From: Balanoglossus misakiensis
Taxonomy: Eukaryota; Animalia; Hemichordata
DNA length: 64,000 nucleotides
Direction of reading: 5' to 3'
NCBI GenBank assembly: GCA_040954595.2
Contig: CM082576.2
Location: forward strand, 7,195,129 to 7,259,128
The position numbers and the translations under genes were made by a program. Below, piece after piece: positions 1-14,025 of this stretch. Positions within the stretch are counted from its first letter, which is position 1. The number at the start of each line of letters is the position of its first letter. Below the pieces are notes generated by a model that had not been told where the DNA came from, did not search any database, and saw only the letters and a list, made by a program, of their open reading frames with translations.

Positions 1-260
1 TTGAGATCTAGAGCGGCGTACTTTACTGGCAGAATTGAATGGTAGAGTTATGCAGTGTAGCACGTGCCGTGCAGAGCAGTGTAGTGTAGTCTAGTGCTGT
101 GTAGTAACTGTATGCAGCGACGAGTTGAGATCTAGAGCAGATTAGTTTGTATTCCAGAAGCAAAAAATTGAATGGCAGTATAGTATAGTATAGTGTAATG
201 TATTATTATGTGGTGTTGTGTCTTGTAGTATTGTAGTGTAGTGTAGTATAGTATAGTCGA
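1..260. repeat. Diverged ~125-bp tandem unit with degenerate (TAGTG/TAGTA)n low-complexity tracts
   Basis: TTGAGATCTAGAGC occurs at 1 and ~125, each followed by AATTGAATGG and TAGTG/TAGTA runs. Confidence 0.6.
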
Positions 261-1098
261 TATATCCAGGTAATCTAACGTTCGCTGATATCAAATCTCT
301 CCTAATCTAGCCCACGTGAAAACGACATTACACTCGGAAAACCTCAGAACACGTGCGTTCATAAAAAAACTTCCGTTGAGGTCGCTCTGTCACTATATGC
401 TCCGATCGCCGACTCGATTCCGTTTCTTGCAATTGCTTACCCGACAGCGCAACTTGACTTGGCGCATACATGTATGTGGCCCTCAGTCGGGCAATGCGCA
501 ATTTATGTTGTCCATGTAAAAAACTATACTGGTGGCGCTAACTGTGCTTTCACCGCGTCGGTTGGTTTCTTCTTTGGGTATGGCAGTTCTATCACAGAAC
601 ATATATACCTTATACTTGTACATTATGTAGTTTACCGGCAGTTTACATCAATTTCGCCGGTTACACTGTTAATAACACTGAGGTTTGTCGTTCATGCTCT
701 CACACCAAGTATTGGATGACAAATAATAAACTAGCTTGATGATGATAAAACCGACGTCACCGTGAATGGTTCAATATCCTGCCTCTCACCCGTTCCCATC
801 GGAAAGGCGAAAATTGGTTTTCGTTCTCATTTCATCGGAGTGACCTTCTAGGATAATCACATGTTCAATCAACACATAGTGTCCATTTGCAAATTTATCC
901 ACATTAATCTCCGCTGGATTGGATCAGTCAGTAAACAACTCTATCTCCTACATGTAAACGCAAAGAGACGCCTGTGACAGAAATAAGTTAGAGAAACAAG
1001 AACAGCTAATATTAATATGTGATCATTGTGTAAACAAGAAGACAACAACAACAACAACAGTTATTGTCATTATATTATCATTTAGAAACAAAAACACG

Positions 1099-1261
<163 letters not shown>

Positions 1262-2980
1262 GTTCATAAATTAATGACCAGTAATTAATTAACTAATTTT
1301 TAACCGACTTAATCTGTTATTCCCACGGGAAATCGAATTCCCGTTAATTTAAGATCAAACTAATCCGAGCTTTGTTCTCCCGAAGGCCAAGGTCAGTAAT
1401 AATTTAATGGTGAATTATAGGCGCTGTATACAGATGACAAATCATCAATCGGGTCACTGACCCTGAAAAGGGATGAGCATGAAATGAGAAACATTATTAT
1501 CGGATGAAGACGCGTTGAAATTTATCTAGTATCGTTCAGCAAATGCCGGACATAACAAGTGGAAGTTTGCTACCGTCAGGAACATGACACAGAAATTCAG
1601 AAATACAGGTGTTGTACATTGAAAAGCTGCAGTGCCAACGGAAATCGGAAATAATCATGCAGTATCGCGTGTTCACACAGATTCTGGCACAAGAGGGCGT
1701 TGTTCGACTAAAATATGGGAACCATTTTGCAGATTATCATATGACAAGGCAGTCGACAATGTCACATCTTGAGACTATTTTTAACGTTTTCATTGAATAT
1801 TAATCGGAAACATTTGGAAACAACATCTGGAGTTTGAACTTCGCTCTTTTCATTTGTTCCACAATTACTCATAATCGACGAAAAATTAAGACACACGATC
1901 TTTAGTAATTTGACATCTCTAAGAATAAAAAAAACAGTATATCTTCAAAGCGAATTGGTAAATTTCCGGCATAGGGATGATGGGATGTTGGGTTAAAATC
2001 GACATTTGGTGTTAACGATTATGGCAAAGTCGGGGTTGTTATGCAAATGAGTCATTTGCATGAGAGATTTTAACATTCAGCCATATGTTCACAATTCTCT
2101 TTTATTTATTTATGAAATGTTTATTTTAACTCGTTATTCAACGGGCTATAAATGGTCCCACAGCTAGCTATCTCGGAAACCGATAAGATGTACGAATTAT
2201 TGACGACAAATCGATAAACCGGACAGATTTACACCGAGTCGTGCGCACATTAATATCACTTAAAACAATAGCCATAGTATTAATCCACGAACCTGACTGT
2301 CAAATTTTAATTGAACTAATTTAGGGGGTAAAATGAAGCACATCTACCGGCCTTTCGATGCTGTCGTTCTGCCATTGTCCCAAACAAAATTATTTCGTCA
2401 GTTCCCGTGAGAGTATAAAACAATGTCTGCCTGTGTGTGAGGGTGTCGTTTCTCTTGCATCTTTATCTGAAGGTGTAATCCTCTTCGACGGAAGCTAACG
2501 AGGTTCGGTTCAGATCCTTCGTTAAGCGCGATGAACGATGTATGGGCGCGCGGCTACAAATGTGACAACACTATCGGTCTCCTTGATAGATATAGATGAT
2601 GCGCCGCGGAGTTGAAATGCGGACAGGTCACAGGTTTACATAAACTCTCCGGGAGAGAACGATTATGTTGGCAAGGTTGGAGATTCGATGTCACGCTTGT
2701 GCCGGATATCCGCAAAACCAAATTAACGTGGAAACTGGCCAGCCCGACAGTTGTGCCATGTCTCGATTTAGATTCCAGAAAGCGTATATACTTTGAATGA
2801 TTTATGTATACTCTTTCAGTGACTGTAGACTAATGTGTGTGGTATTCTAATGTTGTCTGCTACACATTCGCACTTGTTCCAACCGCTGAAAACAGCGCCA
2901 ATAAGCATTAGGACCAAATAGCGACAAATTGCTGAATTATCATACATGAACATATTTCATTGCGAGACACTATTAAGAAC

Positions 2981-2981
<1 letters not shown>

Positions 2982-3026
<45 letters not shown>
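2982..3026. repeat. (CAT)n microsatellite
   Basis: Perfect ATC trimer run; explains the poly-His ORF. Confidence 0.97.
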
Positions 3027-3854
3027 GTAATGTTTTATCTCATCGCTGGCCGATAATTACATTCCGCAATTGCTTCCTGACCCTTGACCTGCGCTTTGCT
3101 CTATGCATGGCCCTCGGCGATCGAGGATACGCCGGGCCGGGCAAGCAGGTTGTTGTTCCCAAATCAAACCCTCGAACGAGGCTACATGATGTTTATGAAC
3201 AAGTAACTGTATGTGAAGTTCGTTCCAATCTGGTATAATTTGTGCAAAAAAAAGAATAACAAGACCGGGATCCTTTGCGTTTACTACCCGCAGCTTCATT
3301 AAACTCTGGCGTGGTCTTTGACACGTGCATAAGCTAGGAGCCTGCGATATTATCACCCCGCTTCCGAATATCGCGAATCCAATTATCGTAATTGCCAGTT
3401 TATCACCGGCAGATCTATCTGGCGGAGGAGAAGTCTCGATCTCGGTTTGTTGCGGTAGATCATAACGGCCACGGGTGTTCCAAATCAACGGAAGAAAATC
3501 ACACAGCTGATGAAAAAAGATCGTCGAATGCTCTCTTAGCTTGCATCGGAACTGAACAGGGAACCTGTCTCCGGAGATTTGTCGCATGGATGCAACTTGT
3601 AGATGTTGCATATTTTCCTAGCGTCTTTAACATACGATAGGAAAGGCAATATCTAGGCCTACTCTCTCGAAACTCCGGTCGCACTGTTTCAGCTGCTGAG
3701 AGGCAATGGGGCGATGTGTCTCCAACATCTGTCTCTGAACCAAGGTAACAGTCGTGTGTATACGTAGTTGACTCGAGTCCTTCAGCTGTCGGTTATATGT
3801 CCGCCGTGGGCACAGGTGCTCGCAGCCGGGACACCGTCTGTTTGACGCCGGCAA

Positions 3855-4019
3855 ATGATGGGAACAATCGCCAGCAGAGCGCATAGGAACTCCTCGAAAA
3901 ACAGCTACCAGGGCAGCGTTCTGACGCGGCGCTCGCCGGAGGGACGCTCAGCCAAAGTCTTCCGACCTGTCCACCTGATGAGGTGTTCAAAGGTTCACTT
4001 GGGGGAAAACATCAAGACG
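3855..4019 (+). CDS. BEST: Candidate first coding exon of bestrophin paralog A (ATG 3855/3858 or 3978)
   Basis: Open frame ends ...SKVHLGENIKT at a phase-0 donor ACG|GTGAGC, compatible with the phase-0 acceptor at 9022. V/L/I fall on positions 3/5/9 of the canonical MTITYTSQVAN N-terminus. Similarity is weak, so this is inference. Confidence 0.4.
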
Positions 4020-6761
4020 GTGAGCTTTATTAATTTGGAAAGTTTTTTCCCCTACGTGGACGCCTTCGTGGCCATCCCTTCTGCACAGCGAAATGACGCT
4101 GTGTACGTTTAAAAGATGGTTGCCCTGCCCCGTTCACATTCTGCAGCAAGTGAAAACATATGCTCCCTTAATGTGTATCACCTTGTGCATATGTTGTATC
4201 GTTCTCTGCACAGCCATGGCTAGACAATGGCCGGGTTATTGCTATCCATGGCCAATTGGCGGCGGTTAGCAATAATTACGTACGAGGGTCCATGCAATTC
4301 TGCGACCCCGTCATTAATTCCCGGAGACACGTGATGGGAAACTGTCGGAATACACGGATTTGTCGGATTTGCCGCATGTTGTCACTACAAAAATCGGTTA
4401 CTAGCTTTCTGTCATGGAACGGAATGACCATCTAGACAAACGAGAGATGACAGACGTGCTGTATTTTGTCACAAAATATGTAAACAACACGGTACCAGCA
4501 GATTTGACATTCATATCACGTGCTTAAATTATGTAAGTTACATAACTAAATCAGCTTTGCAACGGTTATTCTTGTTTATGTACGTTTGATCAATTGTTTT
4601 TCGGTGATGTATACATTGTATTCACTACAACATACGAAAATGAACGTCTCAGCATACATGTATTCGACTGCACAATAGTCGAATGTTGATTGTCATGCGA
4701 TTTTGACTTGCATTGCAAGTACAGTGAAATTTCAGTACAGGCTGTGTTGTCGTTTGGATATTTCCATAACCCATATTTAGAAAAACGCGTTTTGTCCACA
4801 CATCTGGTACAACCCATAACGCGCTTGTCACATCCGGGGTCATCTTTGGAGTCATCTCTATCTATAGGCTCATTGAGTCGCCAGGTTGATTTCAAATTAC
4901 ATGTAGATGGGTGCAGGGGTTAGTCCTTGTCGTTACAGATCGTTGAGTTCAGATGAATTGGACGCCATCGTTGAACCAAGTCTTTGAATGCTAAACAGGC
5001 GTAAAGCGACGTACAGTTCGCACGCATGGCAAAATACAGCTAGCTTCAACATGCAACACATGACTGTGTGATTCAGTTGTACATACACTCATGTCGAGGC
5101 TGGCACGCACGGTATTATTGAAGATCGTCTACCGAGTGAAACTGTCAAGGGTCAGACTCGCGATAAATATTAATTGATTAAAAAAACTAATTGACGACAT
5201 TTTTATTGCCGTTCTGATCAAGCGCGACGGGGATATAATTCCATCGGTTGTTTAACCATCGCGCTAACATGTTAAAGGTTGTATATTGCTTTGCTTATAA
5301 CGTTGCGATATTGCTTGAGTAGTCGGAAATTCTCTCACAGAAAGCCGAGAAGGCGATGAACTATATCATCCGATGTCGACGTGACGACTCACTGTCCCCA
5401 GTTTAAAAAATCCCAACAGGCAAACATATCACTTTCAATTTTCAAATTAATGACGTACAATCTCAGGGGGCGAAAAGTGTCGCGTCAATTGACATATAAT
5501 TTCACGCAAAGGGGCAGGGTCACTTATTTTGTTTTACTTCATTTGGGTTGTTTTTTCAGTTTTTATTAGGACTTAATTAATAAAGTGTTGCTTCTCTAGA
5601 AATTGTCACCTGATAGAGTCCATCTTACACCCAGTCAGTTGTGTCCTAGTCTCCTGATGAGTGAGTCCAGTGACTCAAGAAACAACGTTGTAGAGATTAT
5701 ACCGCCTGTCGTTTCTCCAGCTACCCTTACGTTCAAACAAGCTTCGCTTGACTAATTAGAAATAAACCCCAATAAAATAATCTTAACGATTACTGCAAAT
5801 GTTTCTTCGGCATTATACTTAATAATCAAATGGTGACATTTCTGTCACTCAAATGTAAGTCCTGTCATGTAAAAGAGCTAGCTCACCAAGATAATTATCA
5901 CCCATCTCAACAATCAACTCTTAGATAATTACATCAGCAACTAATGGTTCCTTTAGTTTGACATTTAGCTGGCCTGTGTGTGGGCGTTAGGTGTGCCAGA
6001 CCGGTTTGTTCCTGCACAAGGGGAGTATAGCGTTCTTAAAGACCAGAAATTAAATATCTTGGTTCTCATATTAAATCGACATAAATGTGTCTACAGCTTC
6101 AATGGCGTTGAGGATGAGACTGCCTAATATTTCACACTTTGTTCAAATAGAATTTGCTCTATTTCCATCTGTTTACAGAAAACGAAACAGCTGTGTATAC
6201 ACTTTATGATTCTTTGCAATGTGCTATAGATGTTCGTCCATCGCTCCTGCAGGTTGTGTATTGAGTGACGTCACGCGTTATTACAACTTGTCGGCCACTT
6301 CATTGTATCCGGGTTACACAAGAACAGAACACGTGATAGATGAGTCAGTATTATTACTGGTGCATGATCTTGTCACAGATCAAAAGCAGGAAATAATACC
6401 CCTTCGATATCGTTATGTTCTTCTCGGAATACACGGGCACTGAAAACAAAATCTGGCAAATGAATGGGGCAGTTCATGAAATATGCACAAAGCTGTCATC
6501 TTTCCACTTTTAAAGTAACGTTCACTCGGAGCTGAATTATGCATCGCCATCCAGAAAATATCAATCTCGCCATCAAGAATTCATGTTTTGAAATCCCATT
6601 GGGAGTGTTGAGGCTGACGTTTTCGTGTCTCAGCATCGTGTCTGTAGCATTTTTTGCATAGAAACGTCCCAGTCATATCAAGTCGTACGTGTCGTCCCAT
6701 GGCCGTCGTTCGGCTTTAAACATGCGAGCAGTAAATCTTCACTTGTGACGAGTTCGGCGCT

Positions 6762-6848
<87 letters not shown>
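6762..6848. repeat. (TCA)n microsatellite
   Basis: Perfect trimer run; explains the poly-Ser and poly-Met ORFs. Confidence 0.97.
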
Positions 6849-9021
6849 TCAACCAAACTGTGCACGCCTGCAGTATTGTGATGTCTGTCTGGGGCGTCAT
6901 AAGATGAAACTAAGCAAGACTCTAATGGGATGTGTTGGTGCTTTCTCTTGTTTCTTAAGAGAGGCAGTTTTAATGGAAAACGACAACCTCTCCATGCTGT
7001 TGTATAGATATGCATTCACACTGTGTGGGAGTAACTAAGCGATTATGGCCGTTTGTTAGCGTTGCTTGTATTCGTTGCCCCCGTCTTTTCTCTACGTATG
7101 GACCGCTCAATCAAATTAAGTCCTTCATTAGTATCTGCAAGCCAAGTAACATGACGTCACAACTCCGATGTCACAAAAATGTATTTCAGAATGAAACTGA
7201 TCAACAAAGGAGACATTGATATAGCCTCTGGGGAAAACGTTCGGTGGTTCACCCTCGTACAGCACTATCAGTTAATTCATCACACATTCGCCGTTAATGC
7301 GATCGGCCAATTCGCAACGTAGGGCAACACGCGAGGGTATATACATATTTCATCGACAGATGAACCAACAAAAAATGAGGACATGCCACGCTGATCTGTG
7401 TTTCCCCTTCTCAGTTACCCGAAATGCTGCCTAAAGGTGGCGCTCTCATTCCAACTTAATCGTGATATTGAAGCTCGCTCGGTTAGTGCCCAGTACCCTT
7501 CCCAAAACAAGTCTAAGATCGGATACAAGAAAAACTACATGGACTATTTAATCAGAGAAAAGCCTCTGGAAAAGTTAGATTGAGGAAAACACCCAATTCG
7601 CTGGTTGTCACGTCATAAGGTTAATATACCCGGGCGCTCATTGATTTTAAGATTTCTCCAGGAATGTTTTATTGTCTCAATAAAATAAATGTAATTTCAG
7701 TAGGCCTATCTTCAGGCTTCGCGGCGTCCTCGGTCGTAGACTACGGACGAGCAACGCTGGCGGCGGGTCTCACTCATTTCGGTTAGGCTAATTAGTTCTG
7801 TGTCCACGTTTCCAACTGACGATCAAGTGCGCATAACGATCCGGCTGATAAAATAAGACGAAGAGCTGAGCACTGTTTTTTTCATCCGCCTGAGGGCAGC
7901 CGAATCTCAAGGTGCATTCATTCCCGGCGAGTGATGTCTGAGCGTAGTTAATTTGAAATTCGGTTCGTGGATCACTCCGTCCCCTGTTGTTGTCGAGATC
8001 CTGGGGGGGGGGGGGAATACGCCTACTCTTCTGTATGTTGTCAGTCTGCCGGTTTGAGTGAGAGTCTTTGTGAATGAAACGACGTCGACGTTGTCGTCAG
8101 TTGCTCATTATGACGTCATAATATTGAAAAAAACGTACATAAGGCGATGCTCTTAAGTGTTTTACCAAAAGCCATAAACCAGTGAAATGGTCAAAGTTGC
8201 AGAGAAGAAACTGCGAGGTCACTAGTATTTGATTTCTATCGTTGGTGGCGCTTCTTAGTCCATCATAATTATGTTAAATATAAACACTGCGAATAATAAA
8301 CTGCGGACGATATATTTTCATGTTCGACTTGACTGACTGTGTACTTCTCTCTGCCTGCAGTGCTTCGTTCCTATCCGCTCTATCTCTCTCTCTCTGTCCC
8401 CGTTCTCACGCATACAGAGCAATCATGAGTTCACCGCGCCATTCTCCCGGCATGCTCCGGGAATGCAAATGACAAAACAGAAATGAAGTATCACGAGAAT
8501 GGCACACTTTTGACGCATGCATTGTTTTATTTTTTTGCGATTCATTTTGTCCTAGGGTGAACTTACATGTAAGCAGGTTCGAATAATGGTAGGTCGATAC
8601 AGTATTCTAGATTGTTAAACAAAAATAAACAAAAACGGCTTGATTGTGTTCTCGCTTTATTTTCTAGTTTAAAATAATGTTGTGCCAAGTTTTTACGTTT
8701 GCACGCTCTCACCGTAGAGTATATTTTTTGTGGGACAGACAGACTTCGCATTGCTCCACATAACGTCTTGTAGCTTTTACTAACATCCGACTATCCTCTA
8801 CGTCGCCCCGTACGTGCATTGTTTCCATTCGTGTAGTTTCCATGTATGCAAATGATGACACATTCGACAATTAATTATTCTGTGCTGTGCGTTCGTGTGG
8901 CTATAACGTTTCACTGTGGCACTGTCGCGTACAATAGGGGGCTGCATGTATGCCTCGCCTCTGGAGAGGAATGTATAGCATGGTAAAACATTGTTGCTTA
9001 CGATGTGTTTCCTCTTTGCAG

Positions 9022-9469
9022 GCGAAGCTGGGAGGATTTTACAAGCTGTTGTTCCGATGGAAAGGTAGCGTCTACAAGCTGCTGTGGCGGGAGGCGCTCG
9101 TGTTCAGCTTCCTCTACGCGATGGTCAGCAGCATTTACCACTATGTGCTCGACAGCAAACAGAAGGAGGCCTTCGAAGACTTCTGCATCTACGCCGAGGA
9201 GTTCACCTCGATGATGCCGATCAGCTTCGTGCTGGGCTTCTACGTGTCCATCATCGTGCAGCGGTGGTGGGACCAGTTTCTCTCCATTCCCTGGCCGGAC
9301 AAGCTGGCCTACGACATCGCCGCCAACGTGTACGGGGACGACGAGGGCGGACGCCTGCTGCGTCGCACCATGATCCGCTACATCAACCTGGGCGCGCTGC
9401 TCACCTTCTGCACCGTCAGCAAATCGGTGAAGAAGAGGTTCCCAACGATTGACTACGTAGTCGACGCAG
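9022..9469 (+). CDS. BEST: Bestrophin paralog A exon (TM1, TM2, RFP motif)
   Basis: ttgcag|AKLGGFYKLLFRWKGSVYKLL...PISFVLGFYV..RWWDQF...RRTMIRY...KKRFPT...DAG|gtaggc. Hallmark bestrophin motifs and high GC3. Confidence 0.97.
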
Positions 9470-10234
9470 GTAGGCAGTCAGAAAATGTCAAATTGACTAA
9501 TTAAAAGTTAAAAATCGGCCCCAAAGTCAGTAGGGGGTACCGAGGTAGAACCGAAACAGTTATTGGCACGGGAGCGAAAATGCTGCCTGCCTGAAACCCC
9601 CTTTATTTCAATTTAATCTAATTATTCTGAAAGACATTATATGGATGCGTAATACTTGTTTTGCCAATTAAAAAAACAATAGAGCGTCCCATTTCATATT
9701 ATTATGGTTAACTTTTCTATTCTGTTATATCTCACCGGTCGTTGCCTAAAATTGGGACAAAAAGTTGAGCATCTCAGCCGCTGTTGCTGGAGAGAGCGCT
9801 CCGCCTATATCAATTCTTATTTACACAGTCATATTTTCAGGTAGTTTCGTGTAATTTTCAGCTAGGAGACGTAAAGGGGTGACGCCTCAATGGTTGTACC
9901 CCGCAGTTTTAATGGGATGGCCGTCTAGACAAATGAGGGCCGACGCTGACGTTGCTGTGGTTGGAATTCGTAATATATGGAAAACTAATATCAAAATTCA
10001 TCTGTTTGAGACACCCTTCTTAAAATGAGGGACCCCCTGTTTGCTTTGGAAACAGTTTTGTTTTAGTAATTCCCCTAGGAAGCTCACCCGTCATTAATAT
10101 TTACGAGAAGGGGTCCATCGTAATCTTAGCCTTTTGCACTATAAATCGCCCGTCTCCCAGGCTCTCGGGTCTTCTTCACTCAGCCGCCTTTTACCTATAA
10201 TCCCAACTTTCTCTTGCTTGTCCACCTCTGACAG

Positions 10235-10389
10235 GTTTCATGACAGAACACGAAAGACGGGTATACGAAGACATTCCCTCGCCACACCCAAAACACTGGT
10301 TGCCATGTGCCTGGTTCATCAACCTCGTTCGCAAGGCGGTGGATGAGGACAGGATCAAGTCGGCGCCCGCCGCCAAAACGATCGTTGAT
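10235..10389 (+). CDS. BEST: Bestrophin paralog A exon (155 nt)
   Basis: acag|(G)FMTEHERRVYEDIPSPHPKHWLPCAWFINLVRKAVDEDRIKSAPAAKTIVD|gtaagc. Phase 1 to 0; same length as the paralog B exon. Confidence 0.95.
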
Positions 10390-10708
10390 GTAAGCCACCG
10401 CTGCCAAGACTTGGCAAAAAAATATTAGCTTCGGAGGGAAGAGGTCGGTGCTCGGTGTCCCAGCGGTGGCATGAAAAAATCCTCCATTTACGTTGGAGAA
10501 CCACGTTGTGAATGCTAACTATCTAACGCGGTGACGTCATCACCGAGGGAATGCAATGACGGCGATACAATGCGATCGCAGTTGTTGCTGATATATTTCC
10601 ACACATTTGTCATTAGTCTCATCTATAATGCAATGCTAAACTCTTGTATAATTCAGTTAACATATTACCCTGTCTTTCTTTCCTTGTCTCTTCCCCTCTT
10701 CGTTCTTC

Positions 10709-10754
<46 letters not shown>

Positions 10755-10847
10755 GGCTATACATATGTGTGTGATGTGTGTGTGCATATAAAGATAGATA
10801 TTTAATGAAGACTACACAATTCAATGTACTATTTTTTGTTGTTGTAG

Positions 10848-10925
10848 GATTTAAACCAATTTCACGACCACTGTGACGATCTGTATGGCTATGACTGGGT
10901 CACTATTCCGCTGGTCTACACACAG
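10848..10925 (+). CDS. BEST: Bestrophin paralog A exon (78 nt)
   Basis: gtag|DLNQFHDHCDDLYGYDWVTIPLVYTQ|gtaagg. Conserved DWxxIPLVYTQ motif. Confidence 0.97.
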
Positions 10926-12240
10926 GTAAGGGCGGTTGTCTTGAAGATGGTATTAAAAGATGATGTAGTAGGGTGCATGTGAAAATGAAAAAAAAATATA
11001 AAGCAACTGTGACTCAGCAATATTTCTAATAACATTAAATCATGCATATTTCTAGTATGAATAAAATGCACATACACACACGTGTTACATAATGAACATT
11101 TAAAAAGAAGGTTTTTGATGGTAGGGTGGGTAATCAACGGTAACACCCCTTGAGCAGCGCGCGAGCCCCATTGAGTTCAGAATTTGGGATAGGTTGCAAC
11201 TCCCACGTACGTGTGTTTATTAAAAAAATAGTCCATTTTGTCTTATTCGATTATCCTTATGGTTCTTACTTTTAGGAGAGAAAGATTAATGATTAATTAT
11301 CTACACACAGTTGGGGTAAAAAGCAAGGCATCAGTTACTATTCCATACAGTACACACTATACAAACTTTAAAAAGTCGTTTCAAACCAACACTATTCATA
11401 TACATACTTTTTGATATAAATGTCTGTGTGATCAAATTTATAAGCTTGGGTGAAAGGAGTCGCGCACACATCTGTTTATATTCTGCCAGCTGTCGCGGCC
11501 AACGCGTGACATAAAACGGGCACTGCAGCAGCAACTCGGAATTTGGGATAAGACAACAGATCACAGACATTTAACGGAGTTAGATTTCACAGCGTTTTCT
11601 TCCATCATCGGAGGGTTTGACCTGCATATCTTATGACAAAGAAACGCTGGCTTAATATTTAAAACTCATTTGCCATATTTTCAAAACGTATTCCCACGGG
11701 GGCAGAAGCTGCCGCGTTCGTAGATGCCATCGTAATTAAAATAAGGTTGTTGTTAATGAAAATTCATTATTATTTCTCATCTAATTTTCAATGCAAGTAT
11801 GAAAGGTGCTTTTTGTGTGAGTTTGACCCCGGCGCCGATGCACAACATTATCCTGTTTTCTTTGAAATCAGCACATGACCGTTCGGCATTTTTATCGGAT
11901 GGGGGGGATACCAAGACAACATCAAAGGAACAGTTTAGTTTTAATATCACAACTATTTTTCTCTTTTATGCTACCCACATAATGCCGAATCACCCAGGTG
12001 AGTATTGGCCTCGTATGTGTAACAAATATTGATATTAATTTTGGACAAGATAATTTAAATAATATTTAAACTGTGCTGCCCATAGATCAGCGACTTCAGA
12101 ATATGTTACGGAAACTAACTGTACGACAGAGGGTAGGTTACACGCCGTACGTAATCCTGAAAATTTCAAACTTTATATATAATTGTCTCTATATTATTAA
12201 TTTTACCTAATGAGTCTATTTTTCTCTTATTCTGTCCTAG

Positions 12241-12417
12241 GTTGTGACGATAGCAGTTTACACTTTCTTCGGTGCCTGCCTGTTCGGCAGGCAGTATTTA
12301 GATCTGAAAGGCAGAGATGATTTAGCCAGCACGGCCGACATTCAAAGATATAATGTGGATTACTACATCCCGGCGTTCACCATGCTTCAGTTTTTGTTTT
12401 ATTTCGGGTGGCTTAAG
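12241..12417 (+). CDS. BEST: Bestrophin paralog A exon (TM3-TM4, 177 nt)
   Basis: cctag|[21 protein letters not shown]...[18 protein letters not shown]|gtaaga. Confidence 0.97.
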
Positions 12418-12655
12418 GTAAGAACACAACAATTTTGGGGCCTGTCATTTTTTTCTGGAAATGTGTCCTTGAGGTGTGCACTACCTTAATAACACAAGAG
12501 AATTGCGACGCATAAGATATTCAGCTAAACTGCGCCAACGTGTGTGGGCAGATACACGTTCCTGGAAAGCACAGGCGTTAAAACGTTGTTTGCACAGCAG
12601 AGCAAGACACCGCCTGTCCTATAATTCGCCTCTCTCCTTTTTTCCTTGTTAATAG

Positions 12656-12736
12656 GTGGCAGAAAATCTAATGAATCCATTTGGTGAAGACGACGATGAC
12701 TTTGAAATGAATTGGGTGGTGGATAGAAATCTACAG
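12656..12736 (+). CDS. BEST: Bestrophin paralog A exon (Ca2+ clasp, 81 nt)
   Basis: aatag|[27 protein letters not shown]|gtacct. Acidic Ca2+-clasp motif. Confidence 0.98.
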
Positions 12737-13735
12737 GTACCTAACAGTGTCCATTAACCCCTTGTGAAAGTTATATTAACGTGTGTGTTGTGGGGGATTC
12801 AACACAGCTGTCGTCATTCCCGCCATTTTAAGCATTCACACTTGGCTTTACACGAGTAATGACACGACGAACACGTAAGAGGTTTCAGGCAGTGCGGGCT
12901 ATGTGACTCATCTCAAACGGAGATGTGGGCAGTGCAGCCATGTTATTTTGTATTAACTAGACGTGTCAAGACTACAACTGATAGATGAACTCATCAACTG
13001 TAGATTTTCCAGACATAGAGTACATTGTAGTTGAGATGAACTCTGGATTATACAGAACCTGAATTTTCGAGCGATTCGATAGCGATTCGAACTATCACGG
13101 TGGTACATGTGCGATCATGATACCTCTAAATTTTTGTAACTATTTAAATGGTTCGTCTCAGAAAGAAATCGTGCACGATCAATTTCGTCTGTTCAAATGC
13201 GATCATGCCAAGGCTTGTCTCAGCTCAGCATGATTAGGGGTAAATGTATTTTTAATGTATTCATAGTGTGCGGAAAAACTCATTTTGCTAGTAGTCGCCA
13301 AGGCACTCGAGACGTGTCCATAACTGTACAAGATGAACCTCTGATTGTTGAAAGAGAATCGCATTTCAGATGCTGTACCTTGAAATGAAATTCTCCGGCG
13401 ACGCACCGTGTGCAGACGGTATGAACGCGACTTGATTCAATGTGATTTGTCCTCCGGCGGTAAAGAGAAATTGTCTTGCAGAACACAAATCCGTTGCGCC
13501 GCCTCACTACTAAACAAAAATCACAAATTTAACATGTCTAAAATCAGCAAGATTTGCTTTTAGAGCACTGCTTATTTCTCATTTCCTTGCTCGTCCCTTC
13601 AGGACAGTCCTTGTACGTGTAATTTGTGATTATCTTGTGTGCCCTCAACGACCAAGTCGAGGAAGGTGATGTACTAGTAGATCACGGCTGTAATCAAATA
13701 CAAGTATTGACTTGTATTTTTTTTTCTCTTTTAAG

Positions 13736-13887
13736 GTAAGCTATCTGATTGTTGACCACGTGTTCAAGATGAAGATACCACTAGAAAAGGACAAACACTA
13801 CGACACATTGACCCCTGAGCTGCCGTACACCAAGATATCGTTCAAAACCAAAACCGACCCTTGGATGGGATCTGCCTACAGAGTCAG
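13736..13887 (+). CDS. BEST: Bestrophin paralog A exon (152 nt, PYT...GS segment)
   Basis: tttaag|VSYLIVDHVFK...ELPYTKISFKTKTDPWMGSAYRV(R)|gtacga. Same length and phase as the paralog B exon. Confidence 0.93.
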
Positions 13888-14025
13888 GTACGAGTTGTGT
13901 TCACAGATTTCAACATGTATCATCATCACAGTTGAATAAAAATATTGGTTTCTGTATATATGAAATATGCGTTTACAATCCACACAGGAAACGAATTTCG
14001 TTGACGTATTTTTTCCTAACAACAG

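Noticed and set aside
3057-3611. 184-aa minus-strand ORF
   Set aside because: No recognisable domain, codon bias or splice support; probably a chance ORF in CpG-rich promoter-like DNA.
8950-9021. ATG 8950 as bestrophin A start (and GTG/ATG 32752-32838 for B)
   Set aside because: These in-frame extensions run through pyrimidine tracts and AG acceptors at the equivalent position in both paralogs, so they are intronic.
9005-9452. Overlapping alternative-frame ORFs on the large bestrophin exons (also 32788-33319)
   Set aside because: Shadow ORFs caused by high GC3 codon usage.
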